Source: an uncultured delta proteobacterium
GTDB taxonomy: Bacteria > Myxococcota > Myxococcia > Myxococcales > Anaeromyxobacteraceae
Reading direction: 5' to 3'
Length of the DNA stretch: 64,000 bases
NCBI GenBank assembly: GCA_963814585.1
Contig: CAWFDF010000009.1
Location: 96,001 to 160,000 of the forward strand
The notes below the pieces were generated by a model. It was not told the DNA's origin. It did not search any database and worked only from the letters and a program-made list of their open reading frames with translations. This document shows, in pieces, positions 15,050 through 26,811 of the stretch. Every line of letters starts with the position of its first letter. Position 1 is the first letter of the stretch. The translations under genes were made by a program, and so were the position numbers.

Positions 15050-15479
15050 CGCCTCCCCGGCGCCGGCCGGGCGGCCCGCAGGCTCGCCCAGCGGGCCTGG
15101 CTCGGGTAGAGGAGGGCCAGCGCCAGCAGGTCCACCGCGCAGACGGCCAGCAGGCGCGGGTCGTCGGTGACGATCCAGGCCACCAGCGGGTAGAGGGCCG
15201 CCCCCTCGCAGAGGGCCCAGGCGATCAGCAGCCGCGTGAAGGCGGTGGCCTCGGGACCGGCGGCCACCGGCCTGACCGACCGGGGCAGCACCTGCGCCAG
15301 GACGATGCAGGCCGCCGAGGTCGCCAGGACGATCCCGAAGAGGAAGCCGCTGGCCGGCAGGTGGGGCGCCGAGCCGCGCACCGCCTCGACCACCGCCGCG
15401 AAGAAGACCGGGAGCGCCAGGGTCGAGGCCCAGACCCCGGTGGCCGCCGCGCGGGTCATGGCGCCCCCCGCCGCCCGGG

Positions 15480-15483
<4 letters not shown>
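15046..15483 (-). CDS. Four-TM hypothetical membrane protein between gatA and gatB
   Basis: Four hydrophobic segments; GTGA overlaps on both sides (alternative ATG at 15459). Confidence 0.65.
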
Positions 15484-16951
<1,468 letters not shown>

Positions 16952-16955
<4 letters not shown>

Positions 16956-17245
16956 TCGATGATCCTCGGGACCTTGAAGCAGGTCCCCTCGCGCGCCGGG
17001 GCGTTGCCGAGCGCCTCCTCGGGTGAGAGGCCGGGCGTGAGGGTGTCGGGGCGGAGCGGCACGGCCTCGCCCTCGGCCAGGGCGTGGGTCATGGGCGGCA
17101 CGCCCGTGACGTCGAGCGCCTCCAGGGCGCGCACGTGGTCGAGGATGGCCGAGAGCTGCCCGGCGAAGAGCTGCTCCTCCTCCGCCGAGAGCTTCAGTCG
17201 GGCCAGCGCGGCGACGCGCCGGACCTCCTCGAGCGTGAGCGCCAT
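16952..17245 (-). CDS. gatC: Asp/Glu-tRNA amidotransferase subunit C
   Basis: [17 protein letters not shown]...NAP...FKVPRIIE. Confidence 0.96.
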
Positions 17246-17259
17246 GGCCGCCCGGGGCA

Positions 17260-17598
17260 CTAGGGCTTGGTCTCGCCCTTGAACCAGTTGAGGATGGCCG
17301 ACATGACGCCGGGCGAGACCTCGGCGGAGCGCTTGACGATGTGCTCCAGCTCGCCCTCGTCGAGGAAGATGCCCTTGCAGGCGAAGCAGATGTCGACGTC
17401 GATGTGCTTGAACTTCACCTCCTGCAGGGGGAGGCCGCACTTGGGGCACCGCATGTGGTGGAGGGTCTTGAGGCGCTGGAGCTCGGCCGCCTCGGTCTCC
17501 TTCTTGACCTGCAAGGCCAGCTTGCGCTTCTTCTCGGCGTCCTCGCGGGCGAAGTACTCGTCTTCCGGGTGGCTGGGCTTCTGGTTCGTCATGGTCAT
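17260..17598 (-). CDS. zf-TFIIB-like zinc-ribbon protein
   Basis: [13 protein letters not shown]...[17 protein letters not shown]. Confidence 0.85.
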   Translation of the reverse strand: MTMTNQKPSHPEDEYFAREDAEKKRKLALQVKKETEAAELQRLKTLHHMRCPKCGLPLQEVKFKHIDVDICFACKGIFLDEGELEHIVKRSAEVSPGVMSAILNWFKGETKP

Positions 17599-18920
17599 TC
17601 CTTCAGCTGGTTGATGGCGTTCCTGGCGACCGGCGCCTCGTCGCCCTCGGGATGCTCGGTGAGGTACCGCTCGAACATGGCGATGGCCTCGGCCTTTCGC
17701 CCCGTGGCCCGGTAGGTCTCTCCCAGGCCGAGGAGCGCGTCGGCCTGCGTCGGCGAGCGCCGCAGCGCCTCCTGCAGGCTGGCCTCGGCCGGCGCGTACT
17801 GCTCCAGGTCGAAATAGCACAGGCCGCGGCCGGCGAGGGCCTCGACGTTGTCGGGGTCCTGCGAGAGGATCCGCCCGTAGAGCTCCAGCCCCTGCTCGGT
17901 CCTGCCGCCCTCGCGCAGCCGGCCGGCCTCGGCCAGCTGCTGCTTCAGGCTGGGCGGCTTCGGCCTGGGCCTGGCGTCGGGCGTCGGCTCGGGGGCCCTG
18001 GCGGCGGGCGGCTCGGGCGTCTGCTCGGGCTCGACCGGCCTCGCCACCGGCTGGGGCTCGGGCTGCGACGGGGGCGGCTCCGGGGGCGGCGGCTCCGGCG
18101 GCTTCACGGCGACGGGTGGCGGCGGCGCCGCCTGCACCGGCGGGGGCGGCGGGGGCGGCTCGCCCCGGCCGAAGATGCCCGGCATGAAGACGTAGGCCAC
18201 GGCGGCCGCGGCCACGGCCAGCAGCAGCAGGGCGGCGACGACGTTGCCCGTCCGGCTCGAACCGCCGACCGCGGGCCGGCCGGACTCGCCGAGATCGATC
18301 TGGATCGAACCGGGCGGAGTGGCTTCCCGGCGGGCCGGGGGCGGTGCGCCGACAGCGGGAGGCGGCGCCGGCGGGGGCGGGGGCGGGGGCGGGACGATGT
18401 GGGGCGGCGGATAGGGCGTCGCCGGGTAGAGGGAGGTGCGCCGCGCCGTGGCCCGGTCGGCCGCCTCCACCACCTCGAAGAAGCTCTGCAGCTCGGCCAA
18501 CGTCCCGAGCCGGACCCAGGCGCCATCGCCCTGGGTGACCTCGTCCTCCCGCCCCACCTTCCGCTCGACGATCCAGCGCTGGAGCGTGGTGAGCTCCGAG
18601 AAGGCGAGGGTCTGGCCGGTGGCCCGCGTGCGGATGGTCCAGGACGGGGCCGGCGGGGCCGGCGGCCCCTCGGTGAGGGCCGTGTCGACGCGGGGCGGCT
18701 GGGCGCGGGGCGCCGGCGGGCGCGGGGTGGTGGCCTGGGAGGCCTGCATGGGCGCCCCGTCCAGGTCCTCCGGCTTGACCGGGTAGCTGACCACCAGCTC
18801 CTTCTTCTTGACCCGGAAGACGTGGCCGCAGGCGTTGCACTGCACGGTCACCCCGGCCGGGGTGATCTGGTCGTCCTCGAAGGCGTACTGAGCCCGGCAA
18901 CGCTCGCAGCGGACGTCCAT
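17595..18920 (-). CDS. Zinc-ribbon (MJ0042-type) / TM / TPR protein
   Basis: N-terminal CERC...CNACGHVF, GYF-like segment, Pro-rich linkers, one TM, C-terminal TPRs. Confidence 0.85.
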   Translation of the reverse strand: MDVRCERCRAQYAFEDDQITPAGVTVQCNACGHVFRVKKKELVVSYPVKPEDLDGAPMQASQATTPRPPAPRAQPPRVDTALTEGPPAPPAPSWTIRTRATGQTLAFSELTTLQRWIVERKVGREDEVTQGDGAWVRLGTLAELQSFFEVVEAADRATARRTSLYPATPYPPPHIVPPPPPPPPAPPPAVGAPPPARREATPPGSIQIDLGESGRPAVGGSSRTGNVVAALLLLAVAAAAVAYVFMPGIFGRGEPPPPPPPVQAAPPPPVAVKPPEPPPPEPPPSQPEPQPVARPVEPEQTPEPPAARAPEPTPDARPRPKPPSLKQQLAEAGRLREGGRTEQGLELYGRILSQDPDNVEALAGRGLCYFDLEQYAPAEASLQEALRRSPTQADALLGLGETYRATGRKAEAIAMFERYLTEHPEGDEAPVARNAINQLKE

Positions 18921-19118
18921 GTCGACCTTGGTGCCCCGAGCACGTCATCTTGCCTGGGTCTGGGACACTGGTGAAGCGGGGGGGTCCTGCTGGCCCGATT
19001 CTAGGCCATCTGCTCGGAATCGCCGAAAAATTGACCCCCTGCTACCCCCCGATATCCTCGGTCCACCCTGCCCCCGTCTCGGCGCCGGCACCGGTACTTC
19101 CACGAGGTCACAGCGCGC

Positions 19119-21902
19119 ATGGGCAAAGAGAGGCAGAACCGCCGGATCACCCCTCGCAGCCGCTCCAGGGAGGCAGGCCGGGCCGCCCGGACCGGCATGG
19201 CCCGGGACATCGCCGCGGTGCTGCTGCTGGCCCTGGGCGCAGCCGCTGCGCTGGCCCTCACCACCTTCTCCTCCGTCGATGGCGCGCTCATCGCCCGCCA
19301 CCTCTCGCCGACCAACCTGATCGGCCCGGTCGGCCACCGCGCCGCCTCGGCCGTCTACCGCGTCCTCGGCTTCGCCTCGCTGGTCGTCCCCTGCGGGCTG
19401 GTGGCGGTCGCCTGGCGGCTCTTCCGCGGCGCCACCGGCCGGCTCACCGCCATCGGCGCCGTCGCCTTCCTCTCGCTGACCCTCTGCCTCGCCACGCTGA
19501 GCCAGCTGCTGCTGTCCGGGCTGCAGCTGGCCAGCTTCCCGCCCGGCGGCCTGGTCGGCGCGGCGCTGGCGGCGCGCTCCCAGGCGCTGGTCTCCACCAC
19601 CGGATCGGTGCTGCTGGTCGCCGCCGCCGCCACCGTCTCGCTGATCGTCGCCACCGGCCTCAGGATCCGCGACGCCGCCGCCTTGGGGTGGGACGGCCTG
19701 GTCGCGCTGGCCGGCTTCCTCCGCTCCAGGCTCGGCTCCGCGGTGCAGGAGCACCGCGAGGCGGTGGCCGACATGCGGGCCGAGGAGGCGGCCGAGCGGC
19801 AGCGGCGCGCCGAGGCCGCGGCGCTGGCCGAGGCCGCCTTCCTCGACGGCGCCCAGGAGGAGGACCGGGAGGAGGCGCGGGCCATGGCCGGCGCGCTGGC
19901 GCTGGAGCAGGTGCGCCGCCCGCACCTCGACGAGCCGGCCTGGGTGGACGGCCTGGTGCCGGTGGCCCCCGCCGGGCTCGAGCCCGAGCCGGCCGCCGAG
20001 GCGCGGGCCGAGCCGGGCCGGCGCAGGCGCCGGAAGGCCGAGCCCTCGCCGCTGGAGGCCGCCGCGGTCCCCGGCGACGAGGAGCCGGACCTCTCGCCGG
20101 CGCCGACCCTGCTGCCGCCGCCGCCGGCCCGCCCCGAGATCGTGGTCCCGGCGGCGCTGCTGGATCGGAGCCGCAAGAGGAAGGAGAAGGAGAAGAAGGA
20201 GGCGCCCTCGTTCGCCTTCACCAAGGCCGGCGAGGTCTTCCGGCTCCCCGCCATCGACCTGCTCGACGTCCACGAGGAGAAGGCGGCCGACGTCGACAAG
20301 GCCAACCTGACCCGCACCGCCGACGTCATCGTGGCCACGCTGGCCGAGCACGGCATCGACGGCCAGATCACCTACATCCGGCCCGGGCCGGTGGTGACGC
20401 TCTACGAGTTCCTGCCGGTGGGCGGCACCAAGCTGGCCCGCATCGAGAACCTCGACAAGGAGCTGACGATGGCGCTGGCCGCCACGCGGATCCGCATCAT
20501 CGCCCCCATCCCCGGCAAGGGCGTGGTCGGCATCGAGGTGCCCAACAAGGACCGCGGCACGGTCTTCCTGCGCGACATCCTCGAGTCGGAGACCTTCGGC
20601 CACGCCGGCGGCTTCCTCCCGCTCGGCCTCGGCAAGGACATCGAGGGGACGCCCTACTGCGTCGACCTGCAGAAGATGCCGCACCTGCTCATCGCCGGGA
20701 CCACCGGCGCCGGCAAGTCGGTGGGGCTCAACACCATGATCCTGAGCATGCTCTTCCGGCAGACGCCGGCCGAGGTGCGGATGATCATGGTCGACCCGAA
20801 GATGACCGAGCTGTCCCCGTACGAGGACATCCCGCACCTGCTGCTGCCGGTGGTGACCGACCCGCAGAAGGCCTCGCGCGCCCTGCAGTGGGCGGTGGAC
20901 GAGATGGAGCGGCGCACCCAGATCCTGGCCGACACCGGCGTGCGCGACCTGAAGAGCTACAACGCCCGCGTCGACAAGCACCGCGCCGAGGGGACCACCT
21001 TCGAGGAGAAGGACCTGGCCCTGCCGCCCCGGAAGCTGGTGGTGATCGACGTCACGGCCGGCGAGACCGAGGAGGAGGCCGCCGCCCGCGCCGAGGCCGA
21101 GGCCCTGATCGCCGCCGCCAGCTCGGAGGGGCCCACGCCGCTGGCCGCCAGCCCCGAGTTCGCCGACCCGACCGCGCCGCCGCCCGCCGACCCGGTGGCG
21201 GAGCGCGACACCCCGCGGCTCCCGCAGAAGCTCCCCTACATCGTGGTGATCATCGACGAGCTGGCGGACCTGATGATGACGGCGCCGCGCGAGGTGGAGA
21301 CCTCGCTGGCCCGGCTGGCCGCCAAGGCCCGCGCCACCGGCATCCACCTGGTGGTGGCCACCCAGCGGCCGTCCACCGACGTGGTCACCGGCACCATCAA
21401 GAACAACTTCCCGGCCCGCATCTCCTTCCGGCTGGGGAGCCGGCACGACTCCACCACCATCATCAACGGCCCGGGGGCCGAGAGCCTGCTCGGCAACGGC
21501 GACATGCTGGTGATGACCGCCACCCAGCCGCTCACCCGGGTGCAGGGCGCCTTCGTCTCCGAGGAGGAGCTGAAGCGGGTGGTCGACTTCCTCAAGCTGC
21601 AGGGGAAGCCGGTCTACGACGAGTCGATCCTCAAGGCCCGCGACGGCGCCGGCGAGGGGAGCCGCGACAACGACCTCGAGGACCCGGTCTACGACCAGGC
21701 CATGGAGCTGGTGGCGCAGATGGACGAGGTCTCGGTCTCCAAGCTGCAGCGCGAGATGCGGCTCGGCTACAACAAGGCGGCCAAGATCATCGAGCGGATG
21801 GAGCGCGAGGGGCTGGTCGGGCCGCCCAACGGCGTCAAGCCGCGCCAGGTGCTGATGCGCGGCGGCACGCCGGGCGAGTACGAGGCCCGGCCGAACCTGT
21901 AG
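19119..21902 (+). CDS. ftsK: DNA translocase FtsK
   Basis: N-terminal TMs, PHLLIAGTTGAGKS, IIDELADLM, ATQRPS, gamma domain LGYNKAAKI. Confidence 0.97.
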   Translation: MGKERQNRRITPRSRSREAGRAARTGMARDIAAVLLLALGAAAALALTTFSSVDGALIARHLSPTNLIGPVGHRAASAVYRVLGFASLVVPCGLVAVAWRLFRGATGRLTAIGAVAFLSLTLCLATLSQLLLSGLQLASFPPGGLVGAALAARSQALVSTTGSVLLVAAAATVSLIVATGLRIRDAAALGWDGLVALAGFLRSRLGSAVQEHREAVADMRAEEAAERQRRAEAAALAEAAFLDGAQEEDREEARAMAGALALEQVRRPHLDEPAWVDGLVPVAPAGLEPEPAAEARAEPGRRRRRKAEPSPLEAAAVPGDEEPDLSPAPTLLPPPPARPEIVVPAALLDRSRKRKEKEKKEAPSFAFTKAGEVFRLPAIDLLDVHEEKAADVDKANLTRTADVIVATLAEHGIDGQITYIRPGPVVTLYEFLPVGGTKLARIENLDKELTMALAATRIRIIAPIPGKGVVGIEVPNKDRGTVFLRDILESETFGHAGGFLPLGLGKDIEGTPYCVDLQKMPHLLIAGTTGAGKSVGLNTMILSMLFRQTPAEVRMIMVDPKMTELSPYEDIPHLLLPVVTDPQKASRALQWAVDEMERRTQILADTGVRDLKSYNARVDKHRAEGTTFEEKDLALPPRKLVVIDVTAGETEEEAAARAEAEALIAAASSEGPTPLAASPEFADPTAPPPADPVAERDTPRLPQKLPYIVVIIDELADLMMTAPREVETSLARLAAKARATGIHLVVATQRPSTDVVTGTIKNNFPARISFRLGSRHDSTTIINGPGAESLLGNGDMLVMTATQPLTRVQGAFVSEEELKRVVDFLKLQGKPVYDESILKARDGAGEGSRDNDLEDPVYDQAMELVAQMDEVSVSKLQREMRLGYNKAAKIIERMEREGLVGPPNGVKPRQVLMRGGTPGEYEARPNL

Positions 21903-22511
21903 TCACCTCCTGAAGCTGCCCTCCTCGCCGCGGAGCAGCCGCCCGATGTTCTCCCGGTGGCGCCACCAGATGAGCGCGCCCACCACGGCGCAGCCCCAGG
22001 CGATGGGCGTGGGCCCGAGCAGGTAGAAGCCCGCCATCACGCAGACCAGCGAGCCGGCCAGCGAGCCGACCGAGGAGGTGCGGGTGGCGAGGTAGACGCC
22101 CACCCAGGTGGCGAGGCCGGCCAGCGCCGCCCACGGCGCCAGCACCAGGAAGATGCCGAGCCCGGTGGCCACGCCCTTGCCGCCCCTGAAGCCGATCCAG
22201 ACCGGGAAGAGGTGGCCGGAGAAGGCGGCCACCGCCACCGCCATCACCCAGAGGTCGCCGCGGGGGCCGCTCCCCAGCCAGCGCTGGGTGAGCGCCACCG
22301 GCACCACCGCCTTCAGGGTGTCGAGCAGCAGCACCGCCACCCCCAGCCACCGGCCCCCGGCGCGGGCCGCGTTGGTGGCGCCGATGTTGCCGCTCCCCAC
22401 CTTGCGGACGTCGACGTCGAGCAGCAGCCTGGACAGGACCAGGCCGAAGGGGATGGAGCCCGAGAGGTAGCCGGCGGCGACGAGGATGGGGCCGAGGACG
22501 GCGTCGTTCAT
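21903..22511 (-). CDS. plsY: Glycerol-3-phosphate acyltransferase
   Basis: GSIPFG, GSGNIGATN, GHLFP, GGKGVAT, RHRENI. Confidence 0.96.
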   Translation of the reverse strand: MNDAVLGPILVAAGYLSGSIPFGLVLSRLLLDVDVRKVGSGNIGATNAARAGGRWLGVAVLLLDTLKAVVPVALTQRWLGSGPRGDLWVMAVAVAAFSGHLFPVWIGFRGGKGVATGLGIFLVLAPWAALAGLATWVGVYLATRTSSVGSLAGSLVCVMAGFYLLGPTPIAWGCAVVGALIWWRHRENIGRLLRGEEGSFRR

Positions 22512-22520
22512 GGCGTCCGG

Positions 22521-22913
22521 TCAGGAGCGGGCCAGCAGCCAGGCCCAGTTGAGGAGGAGCGCCACCGCCCCGGCGGCGGTGGCCAGCCGCAGCGCGCCGG
22601 CCGGGACGCGCGGGAAGGGACGGCCCAGCGCCAGCAGCCCCAGGTCGAGCAGCGCGAAGCCCCACGCCCCCGCCGCCAGCGCGGCGCCGAGCGGGCTGGC
22701 GTGGAGCGCGCCGGCCAGGTCGCCGTGGGCCAGCGCCACGAAGGCGTGGGTCATGCCGCAGGTGGCGCAGGGGAGGCCGAGCAGCCCCCGGGCCGGGCAG
22801 GTGTAGGGCAGCGCCAGCACCGGGAGGAAGCGCGCCACCAGGAAGGAGAGGGCGCCGATGGCGGCGAAGACGTCGAGGTGGCCGAGGCGGCGCGCCGGGA
22901 ACGGGACGGTCAC
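22521..22913 (-). CDS. DUF2752-like membrane protein
   Basis: CPARGLLGLPCATCGMTHAF motif; GTG at 22913. Confidence 0.8.
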   Translation of the reverse strand: MTVPFPARRLGHLDVFAAIGALSFLVARFLPVLALPYTCPARGLLGLPCATCGMTHAFVALAHGDLAGALHASPLGAALAAGAWGFALLDLGLLALGRPFPRVPAGALRLATAAGAVALLLNWAWLLARS

Positions 22914-23929
22914 GGGCCGGGCTTCTGCCGGGCGGCCTCGGCCGCCTGCTGGATGGCGTTCCAGGCGCCGGCCCCGCCGATGGCGCCCAGGCCGCAGCAG
23001 CAGGCGCAGAGGAGGATGAGCGGCGCGAAGACCGCCAGCGCCGCCTTGCCCGGCCCGCAGCGCTGGGCCTCGCCGAGGCCGATGATGACCACCGCCAGGT
23101 ACCAGACCATGGCGATGAGCCCGCCGCACTGGGGGATCGCCATCACCAGGTAGAGCCCGGTGGCATAGCCCACCACCGTGAGCGTGGCGCCGAAGCCGCG
23201 CCCCGCCCCCTTCACCAGCATCAGCACCAGGTGGATGAGGCCGGCCACCAGGTAGATGGAGATGAAGGAGACCAGCGGCGCCACCAGCATCTGGGCCGCG
23301 GTGGCCTCGGGGGAGGTGAGCGTCTCGATGGTGCTGGCGAACTGCTCGAGGAAGCGCGCCGCCTCGGGTGGCAGCTCCGAGACCCTGGCCTGGAGCTGGC
23401 CGATGGTGGCGGCGCGGGTGAGGGCGCCGAAGAGCAGCGAGGCCCAGTTGCCGATGGTCGACCCGATCACCCCGAAGAGCAGCGCGGCGCCGGTCTGGTC
23501 GATGCGGACGCGCCGGAAGAAGTCGGCGGGCTGGGTCCCCACCAGCTTGAAGGTCTCGAGGGCGGCGGCGAAGAAGCCGCGCGTGGCCCGCTCGGCGAAC
23601 GGCGAGGGCTGCTCGGTGAAGGCCGGCGGCGGCGGCGGGGGGAGCGGCCCCCACCCACCGGGCGGAGGCGGCGGCGGCCAGCCGAAGGGCTCGGCCGGCG
23701 GCGAGCCGGACGGGGCCTCGGCGGACGGGCCCGGCGGGATGGGCGGTGGGATGGGCGGTGGCGCCTCGGCGGCGGGGGGCGCGGGCGGGGCCGGCGGCGG
23801 TCCGGCCGGCGCGGCCGAGCCACCCGACGGATCGGCGAGCATCAGCTCGGAGCCGCAGTGCGGGCAGGTCTGGAGGCCGAACCTCTCGGTGGTGAAGGTG
23901 CCCTGGCAGCGGGCGCAGCGGGCGAGCAT
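22910..23929 (-). CDS. YIP1-family membrane protein with N-terminal zinc ribbon
   Basis: CARC...CPHC, Pro-rich linker, multi-TM domain. Confidence 0.75.
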   Translation of the reverse strand: MLARCARCQGTFTTERFGLQTCPHCGSELMLADPSGGSAAPAGPPPAPPAPPAAEAPPPIPPPIPPGPSAEAPSGSPPAEPFGWPPPPPPGGWGPLPPPPPPAFTEQPSPFAERATRGFFAAALETFKLVGTQPADFFRRVRIDQTGAALLFGVIGSTIGNWASLLFGALTRAATIGQLQARVSELPPEAARFLEQFASTIETLTSPEATAAQMLVAPLVSFISIYLVAGLIHLVLMLVKGAGRGFGATLTVVGYATGLYLVMAIPQCGGLIAMVWYLAVVIIGLGEAQRCGPGKAALAVFAPLILLCACCCGLGAIGGAGAWNAIQQAAEAARQKPGP

Positions 23930-23976
23930 GGCCGGACCTTACCTCGCGGGGAGAAGTCCTGGCAGGACCCGGCCGG

Positions 23977-24285
23977 TCAGGCGTCCTCGCGCAGCTCCCG
24001 CACCTGGTCCACGTCGACCGAACCGCGGGTGCGGTAGATGGCGATGACGATGGCCAGGCCGACCGCCGCCTCGGCCGCCGCCACCGCGATCACGAAGAAG
24101 GCGATGGCGTGGCCGCCGAGGTTCCCCTGCTGGCGGGCGAAGGCCAGGAAGGTCAGGTTGGCGGCGTTGAGCATCAGCTCGACGCTCATCATGACCACCA
24201 GCGCGTTGCGCTTGGTGAGCACGCCGATCAGGCCGATGCCGAAGAGCATGGCGGCGAGCAGCAGGTACCACTGGGTGGGGACCAT
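23977..24285 (-). CDS. nuoK: NADH-quinone oxidoreductase subunit K
   Basis: [24 protein letters not shown]. Confidence 0.97.
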   Translation of the reverse strand: MVPTQWYLLLAAMLFGIGLIGVLTKRNALVVMMSVELMLNAANLTFLAFARQQGNLGGHAIAFFVIAVAAAEAAVGLAIVIAIYRTRGSVDVDQVRELREDA

Positions 24286-24804
24286 CTAGATCTTCTCCTT
24301 CGCCACCACCACCGCGCCGACGATGGCCACGGTGAGCAGGAGGCTGGTGGCCTCGAAGGGGAGCAGGTACTGGGTGAAGAGGACCCGGCCGACCGCCTTG
24401 ACGGTGCCGAAGTCGGTGGCCAGCCTGGCCGGGCCGGCCTCGGCCACCTCGCGCGAGACCCAGGCCAGCAGCGCCATCAGGCCGCCGCCGCCCAGCACGA
24501 AGCCGAGCCACTGGACCTGCTTGATCTTCTCCTGCTCCAGGTGGTGGTCGCCCAGGTTGAGCAGCATGATGACGAAGAGGAAGAGCACCATCACCGCGCC
24601 GGCGTAGACCAGGATCTGCAGGAAGGCGATGAGGTGGGCGGTGAGCAGCACGTAGAGGCCGGCCATGAAGAAGAAGGCCGCCACCAGGCTCATGGCCGCG
24701 TGCATCGGGCTCCGCGCCACCACCACGCCGACGGCCGACAGCAGCAGCGGGACGGCGAAGACGAAGAAGGCGATCCGCTCGGCGGTGAACAGGTCGGACG
24801 TCAT
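24286..24804 (-). CDS. nuoJ: NADH-quinone oxidoreductase subunit J
   Basis: QILVYAGAVMVLFLFVIMLL, YLLPFEATS. Confidence 0.95.
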   Translation of the reverse strand: MTSDLFTAERIAFFVFAVPLLLSAVGVVVARSPMHAAMSLVAAFFFMAGLYVLLTAHLIAFLQILVYAGAVMVLFLFVIMLLNLGDHHLEQEKIKQVQWLGFVLGGGGLMALLAWVSREVAEAGPARLATDFGTVKAVGRVLFTQYLLPFEATSLLLTVAIVGAVVVAKEKI

Positions 24805-26132
24805 CGCGCGTACCTCACGGGCCCGGCCACCGCGTCGCGCGGCGCCTGGGTGAGCCCCCAGCCGTGGTCGCCGAACGGGCAGCAGCGCTGCTCGGCGTGC
24901 TGGAGGAACTCGGGCTTGAACTTCTTGACGAAGGACTGGACCGGCATGGCGGCGGCGTCGCCCAGCGCGCAGATGGTGTTGCCGGCGATCGAGTTGGCCA
25001 CCTGCTCCAGCTTGGCGACGTCCTCGGCGCTGCCGTGGCCGGCCTCCAGCTTGTGGAGGATCCCCTCCATCCAGTGGGTGCCCTCGCGGCAGGGGGTGCA
25101 CTGGCCGCAGGACTCCTCGGCGTAGAAGCGGGCCAGCCGCGCCAGGGCGCGGACCATGCAGGTCGACTCGTCGAAGACGATGACGCCGCCCGAGCCGGAC
25201 ATGGAGCCGGCCGCCTTGACGGCGTCGAACTCCATCGAGATGTCGATCTCGTGGGCCGCCAGCACCGGCGAGGAGGAGCCGCCCGGGATGACCGCCTTGA
25301 GGGCGCGGCCGCCGACGATGCCGCCGGCGTCCTCCATGATCAGCTTCTTCAGGTTGTAGTGGCAGGGCTTCTCGTAGACGCCCGGCCGGTTGACGTGGCC
25401 GGAGACGCCGAAGAGCCGCGTGCCGCCCGACTTGCCGGTGCCCAGCGCCGCGAAGGCGTCGCCGCCGTGCTGGACGATCCACGGGACGTTGGCGATGGTC
25501 TCGACGTTGTTGATGATGGTCGGCTTGCCCCACAGCCCCACCACCGCCGGGAAGGGCGGCTTGAGCCGCGGGTAGCCCTTCTTGCCCTCGAGCGACTCGA
25601 GCAGCGCCGACTCCTCGCCGCAGATGTAGGCGCCGGCGCCGCGGTGGACGTGGATGTCGAGGTCGAAGTCCTTCTTGCCCAGCAGCTTCGACCCGATCAC
25701 GCCGGCGGCGCGGGCCTCCTCGATGGCCTTCTCGAGGATGCGGGCCTGCCGGGCGAACTCGCCGCGGATGTAGATGTAGGCGAGGTGGATGTCGAGCGCG
25801 TAGCAGGTGAGCGCGATCCCCTCGAGGAGCTGGTGCGGATCGTGCTCGATGATGTAGCGGTCCTTGAAGGTGCCGGGCTCGGACTCGTCGGCGTTGACGG
25901 TCAGGTAGCGGGGCCGGACGTCCCTGGGCAGGAAGGTCCACTTCAGGCCGGTGGCGAAGCCGGCGCCGCCGCGGCCGCGCAGGTTGGACTTCTTCACCTC
26001 GTCGACGATGACCGAGGGCTCCATGCCCAGGGCCTTCTCGAGCGCGGCGTAGCCGCCGTCGGCCCGGTAGGTGGCCAGCGCGGCGGAGTCGGGCTTGCCC
26101 CAGCGGGCCGAGAGAACCAGGGTCTCGCTCAC
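24801..26132 (-). CDS. nuoF: NADH-quinone oxidoreductase subunit F
   Basis: LRGRGGAGF, NADESEPGTFKDR, GAGAYICGEE, ESCGQCTPCREG. Confidence 0.97.
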   Translation of the reverse strand: MSETLVLSARWGKPDSAALATYRADGGYAALEKALGMEPSVIVDEVKKSNLRGRGGAGFATGLKWTFLPRDVRPRYLTVNADESEPGTFKDRYIIEHDPHQLLEGIALTCYALDIHLAYIYIRGEFARQARILEKAIEEARAAGVIGSKLLGKKDFDLDIHVHRGAGAYICGEESALLESLEGKKGYPRLKPPFPAVVGLWGKPTIINNVETIANVPWIVQHGGDAFAALGTGKSGGTRLFGVSGHVNRPGVYEKPCHYNLKKLIMEDAGGIVGGRALKAVIPGGSSSPVLAAHEIDISMEFDAVKAAGSMSGSGGVIVFDESTCMVRALARLARFYAEESCGQCTPCREGTHWMEGILHKLEAGHGSAEDVAKLEQVANSIAGNTICALGDAAAMPVQSFVKKFKPEFLQHAEQRCCPFGDHGWGLTQAPRDAVAGPVRYAR

Positions 26133-26638
26133 TTCAGCCCCCCGAGGATGGCGTCGACCTTCTGCGGCGTGAGCTGCTCGTGCATCTCCTCGTCCACCAG
26201 CATGGCCGGGGCGGTGCCGCAGGAGCCCAGGCACTCGACCTCGCGCAGCGTGTACCGGCCGTCGGCGGTGGTGCCGGCCCCCTGCAGGGCCAGCTTCCGC
26301 TTCAGGTAGGTCCAGAGCTGGTCACCGCCCATGAGCGAGCAGGAGACGTTGGTGCAGACCTCGACCAGGTGCTTGCCGGTCGGGTGGGTCTCCAGCATCA
26401 CGTAGAAGGTGGCGACCTCCTCGGCGCGGGACGGCGAGGTGCCGAGGCGGGCGGCGGCCAGCTCCTGCACCGCCGGGGAGATGTGTCCGAAGAGGGCCTG
26501 GCCCAGCCTCAGCGCGGGGATCATCGCCGAGGCCATCCGGTCCGGCGGATACCGCTTGAGGATGGGGGCGAGCTCTCGGTCGAACTGCTCGACCTTCTCT
26601 CGCGGCAACCCCTCGACACCACCTGCATGGTTCGTCAT
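26129..26638 (-). CDS. nuoE: NADH-quinone oxidoreductase subunit E
   Basis: VATFY, CTNVSC, ECLGSC 2Fe-2S ligands. Confidence 0.95.
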   Translation of the reverse strand: MTNHAGGVEGLPREKVEQFDRELAPILKRYPPDRMASAMIPALRLGQALFGHISPAVQELAAARLGTSPSRAEEVATFYVMLETHPTGKHLVEVCTNVSCSLMGGDQLWTYLKRKLALQGAGTTADGRYTLREVECLGSCGTAPAMLVDEEMHEQLTPQKVDAILGGLK

Positions 26639-26683
26639 GGGAGTCCGAAAGTGGGGTAACGGGAGCGGGAGGAACGGGGCCGG

Positions 26684-26712
26684 ACGCTAGAATCGCAGGG
26701 CGAGATTGTCAA
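26684..26712 (-). promoter_or_regulatory. Sigma70-type promoter for nuoE
   Basis: Minus strand TTGACA-N17-TAGCGT. Confidence 0.6.
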
Positions 26713-26751
26713 GGAGATACGCAGCGATATGGCCCAATCCGGTCACCAATG

Positions 26752-26786
26752 AAAAACGCCCGCCGCGCACGGGGCGCGGCGGGCGT
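26752..26786 (-). terminator. Rho-independent terminator after the HU gene
   Basis: Stem ACGCCCGCCGCGC / GCGCGGCGGGCGT followed by a T-run on the minus strand. Confidence 0.8.
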
Positions 26787-26811
26787 CGAAAGCTCGTCGA
26801 AGGCGGGGAGG

